Assembly: GCF_963506605.1 (NCBI RefSeq)
Contig: NC_083277.1
Location: forward strand, 56,792,001-56,856,000
Origin: Zootoca vivipara
Taxonomy: Eukaryota
Direction of reading: 5' to 3'
Length of the DNA: 64,000 nt
Shown here: piece after piece, positions 38,713-49,900 of the stretch
Layout: every line of letters begins with the position of its first letter
How positions within the stretch are numbered: the first letter of the stretch is position 1
The notes under the pieces: model-generated
Databases searched by the model: none
Told to the model about the DNA's origin: nothing
What the model saw: the letters and a program-made list of their open reading frames with translations, nothing else
Translations under genes and position numbers: made by a program

Positions 38713-39321
38713 CTATACATGTTCTAAACTTGGGAGGTTCTATTTACCTATTGTGTCCATTGATAATCCTTTCTCCATAAATTTGCCTAATCCCCTTTTA
38801 AAATCAATATGTAAGCCTGTGGCCATGGACACACCTTATGGAAGTGAATTCTATGCTTTGTTTGAAATTACATATTTTCTTTTCTCTGTTCTGAATCTAC
38901 TGGGTGTACTGTGAAACAATTGGGTGACCTCAAGTTTTAGTATTATGAAAGGGAATGGAGGGGGATCACACTACCTATTCTTTCCACGCCACATATTTTT
39001 TTCATAAATCATCTTTTTCAAAGTGATGTAGTACCATAACTTTACCCCTTTCCACAAAGGGTGGTGTTTCAACCCTTGATAATTTTGATCACCCTTTCCT
39101 GCACTTCTCCAGAGATCTACGATTTCTTTTTAGAGATGGAGCTACCAGAACTGTAAATTTCAGTCAATATAACCAAGTCAGTCCCCTCTCATCAGTCATC
39201 TAATGTGGGCCATCTAACGTTACAGATTTCTTCTCCAGAAGCCACTGCATGGAGGTTGCTCCAAGAGCTGTTTGCTATACCAAATGCACTTTCATGCAGT
39301 GGTGAGACAGGGTGGGACGAA

Positions 39322-39546
39322 CAGGGCCGGCTCTAGGTAGACCCCCGGTGGCGCAGGGCACCACGGCGCCGGCCCGCCAGGAGGGCGCCGCGAGCTGCGC
39401 CCACCCGCTGGCTGGCCGGTCCGCCGCGCAGCTGCGCCTGTGGCAGCCGCGCTGCGCCCACCCGCCCACCGCGCCTGGAAACGGGGCGGGAGGGCGCCGG
39501 AGAGATCTGGCGCACCACGGCGCCAGGGGCGCTTAAGACGGCCCTG
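39322..39546 (-). mobile_element. GC/CpG-rich hAT-type MITE (second copy, inverted)
   Basis: Reverse complement of 17092-17395 without the internal duplication. Imperfect TSD GGGACGAA / GGGGGGAA. Confidence 0.8.
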
Positions 39547-40227
39547 GGGGGGAACAGGACAATTGCTACATGTGCAACCATTGTATACATTTTGGGAAGC
39601 CACACCCAATTACAGCTCTTCAACAAGTTTGCACACATTTTACAGTACAGAAGTGAGAACATTAGGCAGAAGACCAACACCCTGAGAGCAGGAGAGACTT
39701 ATTCCATGTACTGCCCGTGTAAACTGTTCAGTTGCCTCTCCAAAGAAGGTGAGGCAATGGTTGGAACAAGGAAGTGGCTCATGTTTCCTGTATCCTTCTA
39801 AATCTAAAAATAGCAATTTCACAGGAAGCAGCTTGTGAAACCCCCGGGCAGGTAAGGTTGACTATGTTGGGGCATTCAAGGTTAGAAGCAATACCCAGAC
39901 ATTCCTTTGAGTACAAGTATTCTCAGACTTGGCTTCTGCACTGATCAGCTCTCCTTCCTTCAAAACAGGAATACATGCATCAAAAGAACTGCTCAACCGC
40001 TAGACCAGAAATGGGGAAACTGTGGTCTTCCAGATACAGGACTGTTAGATTGCAAACTCCCATCATCCAAATTCATCATAATGCTAATGTACAAGAAGCA
40101 CATGAGGTTGGTCTAGACTAGAATTAGATGACCCTCGCAGTACCTTCCAATTCTATGATTCTATGACCCCAATTGTCCTGCAAAGAAGCAAAAAAACAAA
40201 AGCAAAAAACCCCCACATACATAAGAG

Positions 40228-40363
40228 CAGGCACAGGCAAACTCGGCCCTCCAGATGTTTTGGGACTACAACTCCCATCATCCCTGACCACTGGTCCTGT
40301 TAGCTAGGGATGATGGGAGTTGTAGTCCCAAAACATCTGGAGGGCTGAGTTTGCCTATGCCTG
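40228..40363. mobile_element. Palindromic hAT MITE
   Basis: Near-perfect hairpin (CCCTCCAGATGTTTTGGGACTACAACTCCCATCATCCCT and its reverse complement) with perfect 8-bp TSD CATAAGAG. Decayed relatives at ~4170-4290, 27590-27715, 28575-28700 and 29085-29240. Confidence 0.9.
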
Positions 40364-41095
40364 CATAAGAGGTTTGTTTTTAAATGACCTGCAGCTATAG
40401 TGAAAGCATTTTCTAAAGCTGTTCCTCAGTCTTGCTTTTATGATCTATATACCATTCAAAACAGCAGGATGACAGAGACTAAAACCATATGAATTGTATA
40501 TATCTTTACATAGCTAACAATCTACATTGTTCAGAAAAAGAATGGAAAAAATAACTATTAAGATATCCCAGAAAGAAAATGCTCTGTTCTGAAAGCCAAA
40601 CATGTATACACCAATGACTCATCAAGAACTATTAGACTTTGGAGATTCAAGAAACACAATTGCCTTATTTGTATATTGAATCGTACCACTAGTTGACTAG
40701 CATAGTATTTTCTACAGTGATTCTTCAAGGTCTTCAAGTAAGTGGACAATTTCCCCATCCCTTCACAGGAAATGGGATCCTGATAGTCTTTTTGACTGGC
40801 ACTTCAACAATCTGAACTGGGACCTTCTGTACATGAGCAGGTACTCATATACTACTACATTATGAGACTCCTTTCTGGATTTATGGCTGCAGCATGCCGA
40901 ACAGAATCCAGTTCCTGAGGCAGAACATCAGGAGTTCTCATTTTTAAGGAGCTTTCTAGCATATCTTTACAGAGGATGGAGCGTTGTATTCAGTTTAGCC
41001 TTTAGTCATCCCCACATTTCCTCCTGCCATGACATTACACTTGGCCAAAGACATTCCACATTCTGCAAGACCTCAAATCTTGCATTTTTTATGGG

Positions 41096-41155
41096 TCTTC
41101 TTCTTCTTCTTCTTCTTCTTCTTCTTCTTCTTCTTCTTCTTCTTCTTCTTCTTCT
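41096..41155. repeat. (CTT)n microsatellite
   Basis: About 20 perfect CTT units. Confidence 0.95.
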
Positions 41156-41383
41156 AAACACATTGTCTAGGTTCAATTCTGTGCTGTTAGCTACATAATA
41201 TTGGGTGGAAGGAGAGGTGGATGCAAAAAGAAAATAGGTCTGCCCAGAAAACCACTGTATTTTGTAGCAAACCATTCTCAAAGGAGGGAAGTATCATCAG
41301 CCTCATGTCTGTACATTATTTATTTACCTATTGCTATAATGCACCATATTATTAAAAGCGACAAGATAAAGTCAGATGGGTAG

Positions 41384-41733
41384 TGTTGTGTATTGAGTCA
41401 AAGGATTTTATATCTGCATTACTATTGTCTGTATGTGCTTTAGGGTAAAGTAACTGCCTTTTGGTTCCAGGGGGTACAGCTACTATTGGTTCATTTAAGC
41501 TGCTGTATTTGGATCCTCTGTCTTATTGGTTCCCTCCAAAAGGCAGCACTGTGATTGCCTGATATTGTTCCCTCCAAAATGTATCCCTTTCTAGCTAGTC
41601 CCCTGTCCCTATAAATGTAGCCTTCCTGCCCTCAGAGTCAGTCTTGTTCACTTAAATAAAGAGCTGTTACTAGAGAACTGTCTCCAGCATGTTTTGTCAA
41701 GAGAGCTGAAATCACAAACCCCACGTCACAACA
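41384..41733 (+). repeat. 5' LTR
   Basis: TG...CA ends, TATAAA at 41610, AATAAA at 41655. No difference from the 3' LTR found by eye. Confidence 0.95.
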
Positions 41734-41860
41734 ACTGGCGACGAAGGTGGGATCCGGAATGCTGAGGAGCGGTTAAACACAACCCTGCCTCAGAGTCCGG
41801 ATTGCAGCTGAGAACAAGACTCACTGGCCAGCTGAGAAGACGACCCTGCCCGCTAGGACA

Positions 41861-44800
41861 ATGGAGAGTCCAAGGGTATTGGAGCCCTTCCAGCCATCAG
41901 AACCCCACACCTGGGAAGACTACGTTGAACGCTTCGAGTTCTTCGCAGTGGCTCAAGGGATCACCGATGCCAGCAAAAGAAGGGCCACATTCCTGAGCTA
42001 CTGTGGGCCCGAGACCTTCAAGCTAGCAAAGGCATTACTTGCTCCAGCGAAGCTGAGTGAGACATCTCTCCAAGATATTCTTGCCTGCCTAACAAGCCAC
42101 TTGGCGCCTACTGAGACCAAGTTCCATAAGAGGCAGCAGCATGCTGGGGAGTCTGTATCCGCATTTCTGGCTGAACTCCGGAAGCTCGCTCAGCACTGCG
42201 GCTTCCAAAATCTGGAAGAGACTCTCCTGGATCGGTTTATTGGTGGTCTGAGCAGCAAGAAAGCCAGAAGACGCATCGTGGCTAAAGAAGAGGTTACCCT
42301 TGCTTCAGCCTTGAAGGAGGCCACCGCCACGGAGAATTATGAAAGAGAGGAGCTTGATGCCAGTCGCAAGGCCACTAAGCCACAGATAGAAGTTGCGCAT
42401 GCCATGGACGAGCTAGAGGCTACTCCGAGCCAGAGCCCAGTCCGTGGGGTCGAGTTGGTGCGTCAGGCCTGCACAGTGCACAAAGATTGCCGAGGCAGTT
42501 GCCCAGGTTGTGGCGGAAACCATGGGCGGAAGAGTTGTCGTTTCAGGGATGCTATGTGCCGGATGTGCGGGAAGACAGGTCACATCGCCAGGGTCTGTAG
42601 ATCGGCGGCGTCAGGAGCAACAGGAGCACCTATACTGGAGCATCGCAGACCGCCCACAGCAACTCATTTTCGAAAGGACTGCCACTACATAACGGAGATC
42701 AACGGGAGGGCCGTGCAGTTTCCAGCGCAAGGCAAGGCACACGTCAAGGTGAAGATTGAGGGTCAGCAGTGCGACATGGAGGTGGACTCTGGATCTGCAT
42801 TCACCATTGTGTCGGACCAGACCGCGAAGACATTCTTCCCCAGGGGTAAGTTGCCCCCTCTGGAGCCCTTCCCGGCAACCTTGCAGTCGTACTCAGCAGG
42901 CCGCATCCATGTTATGGGAATGTGTGCCGTGAGAGTACAGTTCCGGGACAAACAGGCTGTACTCAAACTGGTGATTGCGAAGGGCAGTCGCCCCAGTCTC
43001 CTGGGCACTGACTGGTTCCCTGCCCTGGGACTGAGTATCTCAGGGCTTAATTCAATCCAAACCTGCCCTGAGATGAGTGAGACATTATGCAAGGAATTTG
43101 CTGGTCTCTTTAATGGAAAACTGGGTTGTTATAAAGGGCCCCCAGTTGACTTCGAGTTGGACCCCGGGGTGGCCCCAATCCGACTCAAACCAAGGCGAGT
43201 GCCATTTGCACTGCAACCCAAGATCGAGGCAGAGCTGGATAAATTGGTCAAGCAGGGAGTTCTCTCACCCGTGGACTCTGCTAAGTGGGAGACTCCAATC
43301 GTCACGCCCCTTAAAGCAAATGGGGAAGTCAGAATATGTGCAGATTACAAATGTACTATCAATAAGGCACTCAGGGGAAACTCATACCCCATTCCAGTCG
43401 TATCACATCTGTTGGCTAAACTGGCTGGGGGCAAGGTGTTCGCCAAAATTGACCTGGCACAAGCTTACCAACAGCTGCCAGTAACCCCACAATCAGCGGA
43501 AGCACAGACTATTGTCACACATAAAGGGGCGTTCAGAGTTAACAGATTACAGTTCGGAGTTTGTGTGGCCCCAGGGATTTTTCAAGGGCTCATGGAACGC
43601 CTGTTAAGGGGTCTGCCGGGGGTCTTGCCATTTTTTGATGACGTTTTGATTGCTGGAAAAGACCCACAGGAACTGGTTGCGCCTGTCCGTGCAGTGTTGC
43701 TCAAGTTCAAGGAGGTGGGGTTGCAACTGAAAAAGGAAAAATGCAGTTTTGGGGTGCCAACTGTGGATTTCTTGGGGTTTAAAATTGATGCATCAGGCAT
43801 CCACCCCACAGATGCTAAGATTAAGGCCATCATCGAGGCACCACGACCACAGAACAAGACGGAGTTGCAGTCATTCCTGGGACTTATTAACTTTTATCAT
43901 TCATTCTTACCCCAGAAAGCTTCGGTAGCTGAACCATTACATAGACTTTTGCGGAAAAAGAATGTGTGGCGATGGGGGCGGGAGCAGCAGAAGGCTTTTG
44001 ACTCCTTGCGAGAAATGCTGAGTAGCAGGAGCGTCCTTGCTCATTATGATGAGTCGAAGCCGCTGGTCCTGGCATGTGATGCCTCTCAATACGGCCTGGG
44101 GGCTGTGCTGAGTCATAGGGAACCGGATGGGTCGGAAAAGCCCATCTCTTTCTATTCCCGTACGTTGTCACCCACGGAGCGCAACTATGCTCAAATTGAT
44201 AAAGAGGCACTAGCAATTGTGTCAGGAATCAAAAGGTTCTATGATTATTTGTACGGTCGCCATTTCTCCATTGAAACGGACCACAAACCACTGTTAGGGT
44301 TGTTCAACCCAAACAAACAAACGCCACAAATTCTCTCCCCCAGAATGTTGCGTTGGTCAATATTCCTGAATGGGTTCCAGTACACCTTGACCCATGTGCC
44401 GGGGAAACAGTTGTGCCACGCTGATGCGCTGAGTCGATTGCCCCTTCCTGGCGGGAGCAATGAGGATCCTGCTCCGGCGGAGCACATTATGATGCTAGAA
44501 ACACTTCCGGGGGCTCCTGTAACAGCTACTGATATAGCTGAGAAAACGAGGAAAGATGCTGTTCTCTCCCGTGTGCTCACTTGGGTGGGGAGGAGGTGGC
44601 CAGGTGGTCCGCATGAAGAAAAATTCAGGCCTTATGCGACAAGGCAGCACGAATTGTCCATGCATAAGGGTTGTCTCCTATGGGGAGATAGGGTGATCAT
44701 CCCAGCACCACTGAGAAACAGGATTCTTGAGACGCTTCACATGGGACACCCGGGAATGGTCAGGATGAAGTCGCTAGCCCGATGTTATGTGTGGTGGCCT

Positions 44801-45919
44801 GGAATGGACCAGAACATAGAACAATGGGTACGAACATGCAAGGCATGCCAAGAGGTGCGGCCAGAAGTGGCCAGAGCACCAGTCCACTGGTGGGAGCAGT
44901 CCAGGACTCCCTGGAGCCGGCTGCACATAGATTTTGCTGGGCCATTCCAAGGGAAGGTCTTTTTGGTTATCGTTGATGCATATTCCAAATGGTTAGAAGT
45001 GGCGATGGTCCCTAGCATGGCATCAGCTGCCGTAATCAAGGTGTTGAGGCAGCTGTTTGCAACCCACGGGTTACCTGAGACCATTGTATCAGATAATGGG
45101 GCAGCTTTTGTATCCCAAGAATTCAGGGCATTCTTGGCTGATAACTTCATAAGAGGGGTCACATCCGCGCCCTTTCACCCATCCTCCAATGGGCAGGCTG
45201 AGCGCATGGTAAGAACAGCCAAAGAATCCATTGCGCGCTTAATGGAGGGTAACTGGTCGGCTCGCATTGCACGAATGTTATTTTTGCAGCATGCGACGCC
45301 GTGTACTGCGACGGGCAAGTCGCCAGCTGAGCTGCTCTTAGGTAGAAGACTGGTAACGGTGCTGGATTATGTCCACCCAGATAAAATGCCAAACCGTAAT
45401 TCAAGAGCAACCCCCCAGGCTGAGACTGACACAACAAGGTATCTCGCCCCTGAAGATCTGGTCTGGGTGAGGAACTATTCACGAGGTCCGCGGTGGGTGG
45501 CCGGTGTGATCACCCGGGCTAGTGGACCTGTGTCCTATTATGTGACCTTGGAAAATGGGCAAGTTTGGAAGAGACATATAGATCAGCTGAGGCGCCGGGC
45601 GCTCAGCAGGGATGAGTCAGATAATTCATCCCTGGCTAATGACGCACAGCTGCGAGACCAGAGTGAAGATGGCCCAGAGGTGCAGTCACCAGGGGCTTCA
45701 GCAAATGAACCAGGGTCTGCTAGTCCTCAGGATGACGAGGTACAGGTAGGGGACCCTGAGATGTCTGGGACTCCATCTGTTCCTGACGAAACCCCTATAG
45801 CAGCCCCTCCACCACAGGTAACACCCAATCCAGAACCTGCAACACCTGTTGTCAGGAGATCAAGTAGAAGTTGTAGGACCCCACAGTACCTGAGGGATTA
45901 CGTCTGCTGTGCTCACTAG
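41861..45919 (+). CDS. Gag-Pol polyprotein (gag with two Cys-His knuckles, protease, RT, RNase H, integrase), 1352 aa
   Basis: CPGCGGNHGRKSC and CRMCGKTGHIARVC knuckles; VDSGS protease; RICADYK, KIDLAQAYQQ, QFGV and FFDD in RT; CDASQYG, DKEALA, TDHKPL and HADALSR in RNase H; H..H...CKAC plus HIDF/SDNG/QAER (DDE) in integrase. Confidence 0.95.
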   Translation: MESPRVLEPFQPSEPHTWEDYVERFEFFAVAQGITDASKRRATFLSYCGPETFKLAKALLAPAKLSETSLQDILACLTSHLAPTETKFHKRQQHAGESVSAFLAELRKLAQHCGFQNLEETLLDRFIGGLSSKKARRRIVAKEEVTLASALKEATATENYEREELDASRKATKPQIEVAHAMDELEATPSQSPVRGVELVRQACTVHKDCRGSCPGCGGNHGRKSCRFRDAMCRMCGKTGHIARVCRSAASGATGAPILEHRRPPTATHFRKDCHYITEINGRAVQFPAQGKAHVKVKIEGQQCDMEVDSGSAFTIVSDQTAKTFFPRGKLPPLEPFPATLQSYSAGRIHVMGMCAVRVQFRDKQAVLKLVIAKGSRPSLLGTDWFPALGLSISGLNSIQTCPEMSETLCKEFAGLFNGKLGCYKGPPVDFELDPGVAPIRLKPRRVPFALQPKIEAELDKLVKQGVLSPVDSAKWETPIVTPLKANGEVRICADYKCTINKALRGNSYPIPVVSHLLAKLAGGKVFAKIDLAQAYQQLPVTPQSAEAQTIVTHKGAFRVNRLQFGVCVAPGIFQGLMERLLRGLPGVLPFFDDVLIAGKDPQELVAPVRAVLLKFKEVGLQLKKEKCSFGVPTVDFLGFKIDASGIHPTDAKIKAIIEAPRPQNKTELQSFLGLINFYHSFLPQKASVAEPLHRLLRKKNVWRWGREQQKAFDSLREMLSSRSVLAHYDESKPLVLACDASQYGLGAVLSHREPDGSEKPISFYSRTLSPTERNYAQIDKEALAIVSGIKRFYDYLYGRHFSIETDHKPLLGLFNPNKQTPQILSPRMLRWSIFLNGFQYTLTHVPGKQLCHADALSRLPLPGGSNEDPAPAEHIMMLETLPGAPVTATDIAEKTRKDAVLSRVLTWVGRRWPGGPHEEKFRPYATRQHELSMHKGCLLWGDRVIIPAPLRNRILETLHMGHPGMVRMKSLARCYVWWPGMDQNIEQWVRTCKACQEVRPEVARAPVHWWEQSRTPWSRLHIDFAGPFQGKVFLVIVDAYSKWLEVAMVPSMASAAVIKVLRQLFATHGLPETIVSDNGAAFVSQEFRAFLADNFIRGVTSAPFHPSSNGQAERMVRTAKESIARLMEGNWSARIARMLFLQHATPCTATGKSPAELLLGRRLVTVLDYVHPDKMPNRNSRATPQAETDTTRYLAPEDLVWVRNYSRGPRWVAGVITRASGPVSYYVTLENGQVWKRHIDQLRRRALSRDESDNSSLANDAQLRDQSEDGPEVQSPGASANEPGSASPQDDEVQVGDPEMSGTPSVPDETPIAAPPPQVTPNPEPATPVVRRSSRSCRTPQYLRDYVCCAH

Positions 45920-45930
45920 GGGGGGAGGGG

Positions 45931-46280
45931 TGTTGTGTATTGAGTCAAAGGATTTTATATCTGCATTACTATTGTCTGTATGTGCTTTAGGGTAAAGTAA
46001 CTGCCTTTTGGTTCCAGGGGGTACAGCTACTATTGGTTCATTTAAGCTGCTGTATTTGGATCCTCTGTCTTATTGGTTCCCTCCAAAAGGCAGCACTGTG
46101 ATTGCCTGATATTGTTCCCTCCAAAATGTATCCCTTTCTAGCTAGTCCCCTGTCCCTATAAATGTAGCCTTCCTGCCCTCAGAGTCAGTCTTGTTCACTT
46201 AAATAAAGAGCTGTTACTAGAGAACTGTCTCCAGCATGTTTTGTCAAGAGAGCTGAAATCACAAACCCCACGTCACAACA
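45931..46280 (+). repeat. 3' LTR
   Basis: Follows the polypurine tract; copy of 41384-41733; followed by TSD GGTAG. Confidence 0.95.
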
Positions 46281-47946
46281 GGTAGCTTACTGTCTGCCTT
46301 ATAAACCCCTGGTACAAAGCAACAAAGTGCTGACCTAAGAGCAACACATCCAAACTCAGGGGCATTATAAAGTTCTCGTTTGAGTTTACAACCCCACAAA
46401 TTTGGCTTGGGTTCCTTTGTCAAGACTCCAACCTTTACTGTTTGACTAATATTCTGGGACTTTTTACTATACACTTCAAATAGAACCTGGTAAGCCAAGT
46501 GAAGAAGAAAGTGCCGCCATATGAGCCACCCGAACGGCGTGTGATTTGTAGTAATGAAAGATAAATGGCCTGCTGGATGCAAGCCAATCTTCTTTCTGAT
46601 CTGGGTTATATTTTGCTTGTGGCACTGCTGGATGATGTATGCCTGGAAATCAACAAAATAACTTGCACAATGTTGTTCTTATTAGACTTTCAGGGTTTGG
46701 TTACGTTGGGAATTTCCCGATGATCACTGAGCCTGGGGGCTATTGTGTTCCCCTGCAGTGTGTGGCTTGGCTTGCAGTATGAATCATTTCAAGCTATTTT
46801 TGCAGTGTATCCACTCTCTGATCCTGGCAAACCACGCTCTGTATTTTATAGCTTGATTTGCAGGTGGGAGTTGCTGATGCTGGTGGACGAATGGTCCTGC
46901 CTTTCCAACCTCTCTAACTTGATATTGCTGATAATAATGTGTTGGGGTTGTGAAGATGGGGCTTGACATACCGTACATCTCTAGGACTGATTTCAAGTTG
47001 TTCTACCACTGGCAAAGGGATTCCAGGGCTAATGGTAGATGTCTATAATCTGCTCTGATAGGGATGGAAGGATTGGTCAGTTTTGTTTTGTCTAGGTTTC
47101 TCGTTTTCCATGCTTAAACTCAATTTGTCCCATTTCCACAACAGTTTGATTTTTTTTTTAGTCAACACAAAAATCCGTACCTTTTTTTTTTGCACATTTC
47201 TCCCAATAAACACCTTTCTGTGTACATTTCTGCCCAATACTGTACATGCATCTTTGCTGGCAACCTTCCCTAATACATTTTTGGACAAAATAAAAAAATT
47301 CCTTCCAGTAGCACCTTACAGACCAACTACCGTACATTTGTCATTGGTATGAGCTTTTGTGTGCATGCATACTTCTTCAGTTTACATAATGTCCATTTTT
47401 GGACATTATTTTCACCTATATACACATCTGCGTCCACACTTTCCATCAATATATGCTCTTCCTTTATATGCATTTTTTGGCTGGAGAACAGCATCTCAAA
47501 TTCAGAGATGTGCAAATTTGGAAGAATAACTATCTGCTGGTTTGCCTATTGGTTTAAAAAGTGAAAATTAGGTAAATTTGCATTAGAATGTGAACTGAAG
47601 AGATTTCTCCCTCATCCCTAGTCCTGGGCATGTCCTACAGTGTCCTTCAAGGTTTCACCTTGTCCCTTCTCCTATCCAATTTCCATGCTGTGAAGATCTG
47701 GAGACAGGTGTTTTCAACATGCTGATCACACTTGCTCAGTTTTTTTCCTTCCAGATCCTGTCATCTTGGGCATGATTACTCAATGACTTTCAGACACTAT
47801 AATCTGGAGGGAGGGTAGATACATGTCACTCATAAAAGTTCAGGATTCGCTGGTTGTTAAAGTAAAAGTTTACAATGTTAACATTTATGAGGATGACTTT
47901 TTTGAAGGTGATCACAAGTGGGAGGGGGAAGGTCAAATATTTAGGC

Positions 47947-48082
47947 CAGGCATCCCCAAACTGCGGCCCTCCAGATGTTTTGGCCTACAACTCCCATGAT
48001 TTTTAGGTAAGAGGACCAGTGGTCAGGGATGATGGGAATTGTAGTCCAAAACATCTGGAGGGCCGAAGTCTGGGGATGTTTG
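47947..48082. mobile_element. Palindromic hAT MITE (same family as 40228-40363)
   Basis: Hairpin CCCTCCAGATGTTTTGG...CCAAAACATCTGGAGGGCC; TSD ATTTAGGC / AATTAGGC. Confidence 0.85.
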
Positions 48083-48949
48083 AATTAGGCCAACCACTGG
48101 CTTTATATTGTATGCTGCCATATTCATGTGTTTGGTGTCCATTTACAAAAGGGGCTGGAATTTTTGCTTATGGGGGTCTATAGCCCTTCAGGGTGGTCTC
48201 TTCCAACAATAGGGTTGGTCCTAGCAAAGGGCAGCAGTCTCTTGTGCTGGCTTCATTCAATTCAGTCTAGTTAACAATCTCAATATGCCACTTGCATTCA
48301 CTGGTCACACAGTAGGGGGTCTCTGGAAGGAATGCTCTGGCCTGTGCCAGGCAGGAGACCACAAAGGAAGAGAATGATTACCTTCATGGTTCCTTAGGAA
48401 TAACTGGCCAGAGGAAGTGGTGGAAAGGATAACTTTCAATGGAGCGCAGCAGGGGATACATATACAAAATCATCATAAAGTTTGTATTCCAGATTAATTC
48501 ATCTGCCACACCTCAGAGCCACGCTCACAGTTCATAAAGTAGATCACACCATGCAATTTCAATGTGCTTAAAGATTAGTTTCAATAATTTAAAAAGTTTA
48601 CTCCTTTGTTGCTTATATACCACCTCGGCTGAGAGAGCAGTGGGGCTATTAAAGAATAAAAAGTGGCACTTCATTCCTTTTAGATATCTGGAGCTTGTCT
48701 CACTCTCAGTTTGTTAACGATTTCATTTGCTCCTATCTTTGCCACATGTGATGCTTGTCAAGTCCTTGTACGGTTTTTGTTTGTTTTGTGTGTTGTTTTT
48801 TTAATTCCAAACACAAGCACAAGTACATGTTCCGGTTTATCCAGATCTACGACTAGGTAGAAAGCTATCCCAGAATGAATGTCACAATGTAAAGTTACCC
48901 GGGAGGCAACCTCTGCACTGACACAAGCTCCCAGCACGGATCGTTTACA

Positions 48950-49900
48950 TATCCCACTGCTACCACGCAAGCAAGCGGGAAAGCATTCTACTGCGCACAG
49001 CCTCTCTGCTGCGCAATTCCCAAAGAACGACGGCGCTCACCAATAAAAGGATGCGCCTTTCTCTCCAACACCAAGACGCGGGGTCGCCATTCGCCTTCGC
49101 CGGGGCGAAAAACCTGCGGCCCTCAGTCTAGCCAGATCTTCACCCCCGAACCCCTTTGCTGCGACGCCCGGGGCAGCGTTACGAGACAGGGCAGGGTTCC
49201 CCGTCTCTGCGCGCCCCGACGCCTCCTTTTCCAGTCCAGCAACACTCAGACTCCGGCCCCATGAGCCAGCCACCCCGTCCCAAGGGAACCCTGTTGAGCC
49301 CGTCCCAGACCCCCCACCCCCAAAGGGAAGACACGCTGCTCGCTCGGGGCTGCATTCGCTGACGATCGGGGAACCACGTGTAAACGAAATGAGAGAGGGC
49401 TAGATGATCCATCTCGGTTTCAGACCCGGGAGAAGGGGGGGGGGAGCAAACGCCACTGTCCGAAAGCGGATGAGAACAAAGAGCCACCCGCCAGATGGAC
49501 AGGTCCCAACCGAAGCCGGGACCCGGGACAGTTTCCCCGAGGAGAGCGGCGGCCAGCAGCGACTCACCATGACTGCTGCCTGCAGCCTGATCCCCGGCTA
49601 GACTGGGCTGGACTCCATCCCGCGACCTCCTCCTGCTGCTGCCGCTGCTTCTGCAGCCCCTCGGTCGGCTCTTCCTTCCCTCGCTGAGATTTGAACACCC
49701 CACTGCAGGCAAGGAGCCCGGGAGTCTCTGGCTGCGCCGCTGGGGAGGAGGCAAAACCTGGTCTGGATCCGCTCCGCATTTGCGCCTACCCACGTAACAG
49801 CGAAGGGAGCAGTGGCCCTCGCGGTGCTGCGGCAAGAGCAATGGCAAAGCGCGGCCTGGATTTCGCAAACTTGAACCTCCCAAACAAAATGGGACGCAGG
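48950..49900 (-). promoter_or_regulatory. CpG island; probable N4BP3 promoter and first non-coding exon
   Basis: CpG-dense non-repeat region with strong minus-strand donors ATG|GTGAGT (49568) and TTG|GTGAGC (~49040). The N4BP3 ATG exon has an acceptor at 28362-28363, so an upstream exon is required. Confidence 0.7.

Larger units (their letters stand above)
41384..46280 (+). mobile_element. Full-length Ty3/Gypsy LTR retrotransposon (Mag-like)
   Basis: 350-bp LTRs at 41384-41733 and 45931-46280 (TGTTGTG...CACAACA), 5-bp TSD GGTAG on both sides, PBS TGGCGACGAAGGTGGGAT at 41736, purine tract at 45918-45930, and a single gag-pol ORF in PR-RT-RH-IN order. Confidence 0.97.

Noticed and set aside
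41006-41281. ORF with a poly-arginine tract
   Set aside because: Translation of the (CTT)n microsatellite.
47059-47620. Possible hAT element with TAGGGATG/CATCCCTA ends
   Set aside because: Only an 8-bp TIR and no matching TSD. Probably an old repeat, but not supportable precisely.
49179-49883. 234-aa ORF at the CpG island
   Set aside because: Low-complexity GC-rich frame crossing a strong splice donor, with no recognisable domain.
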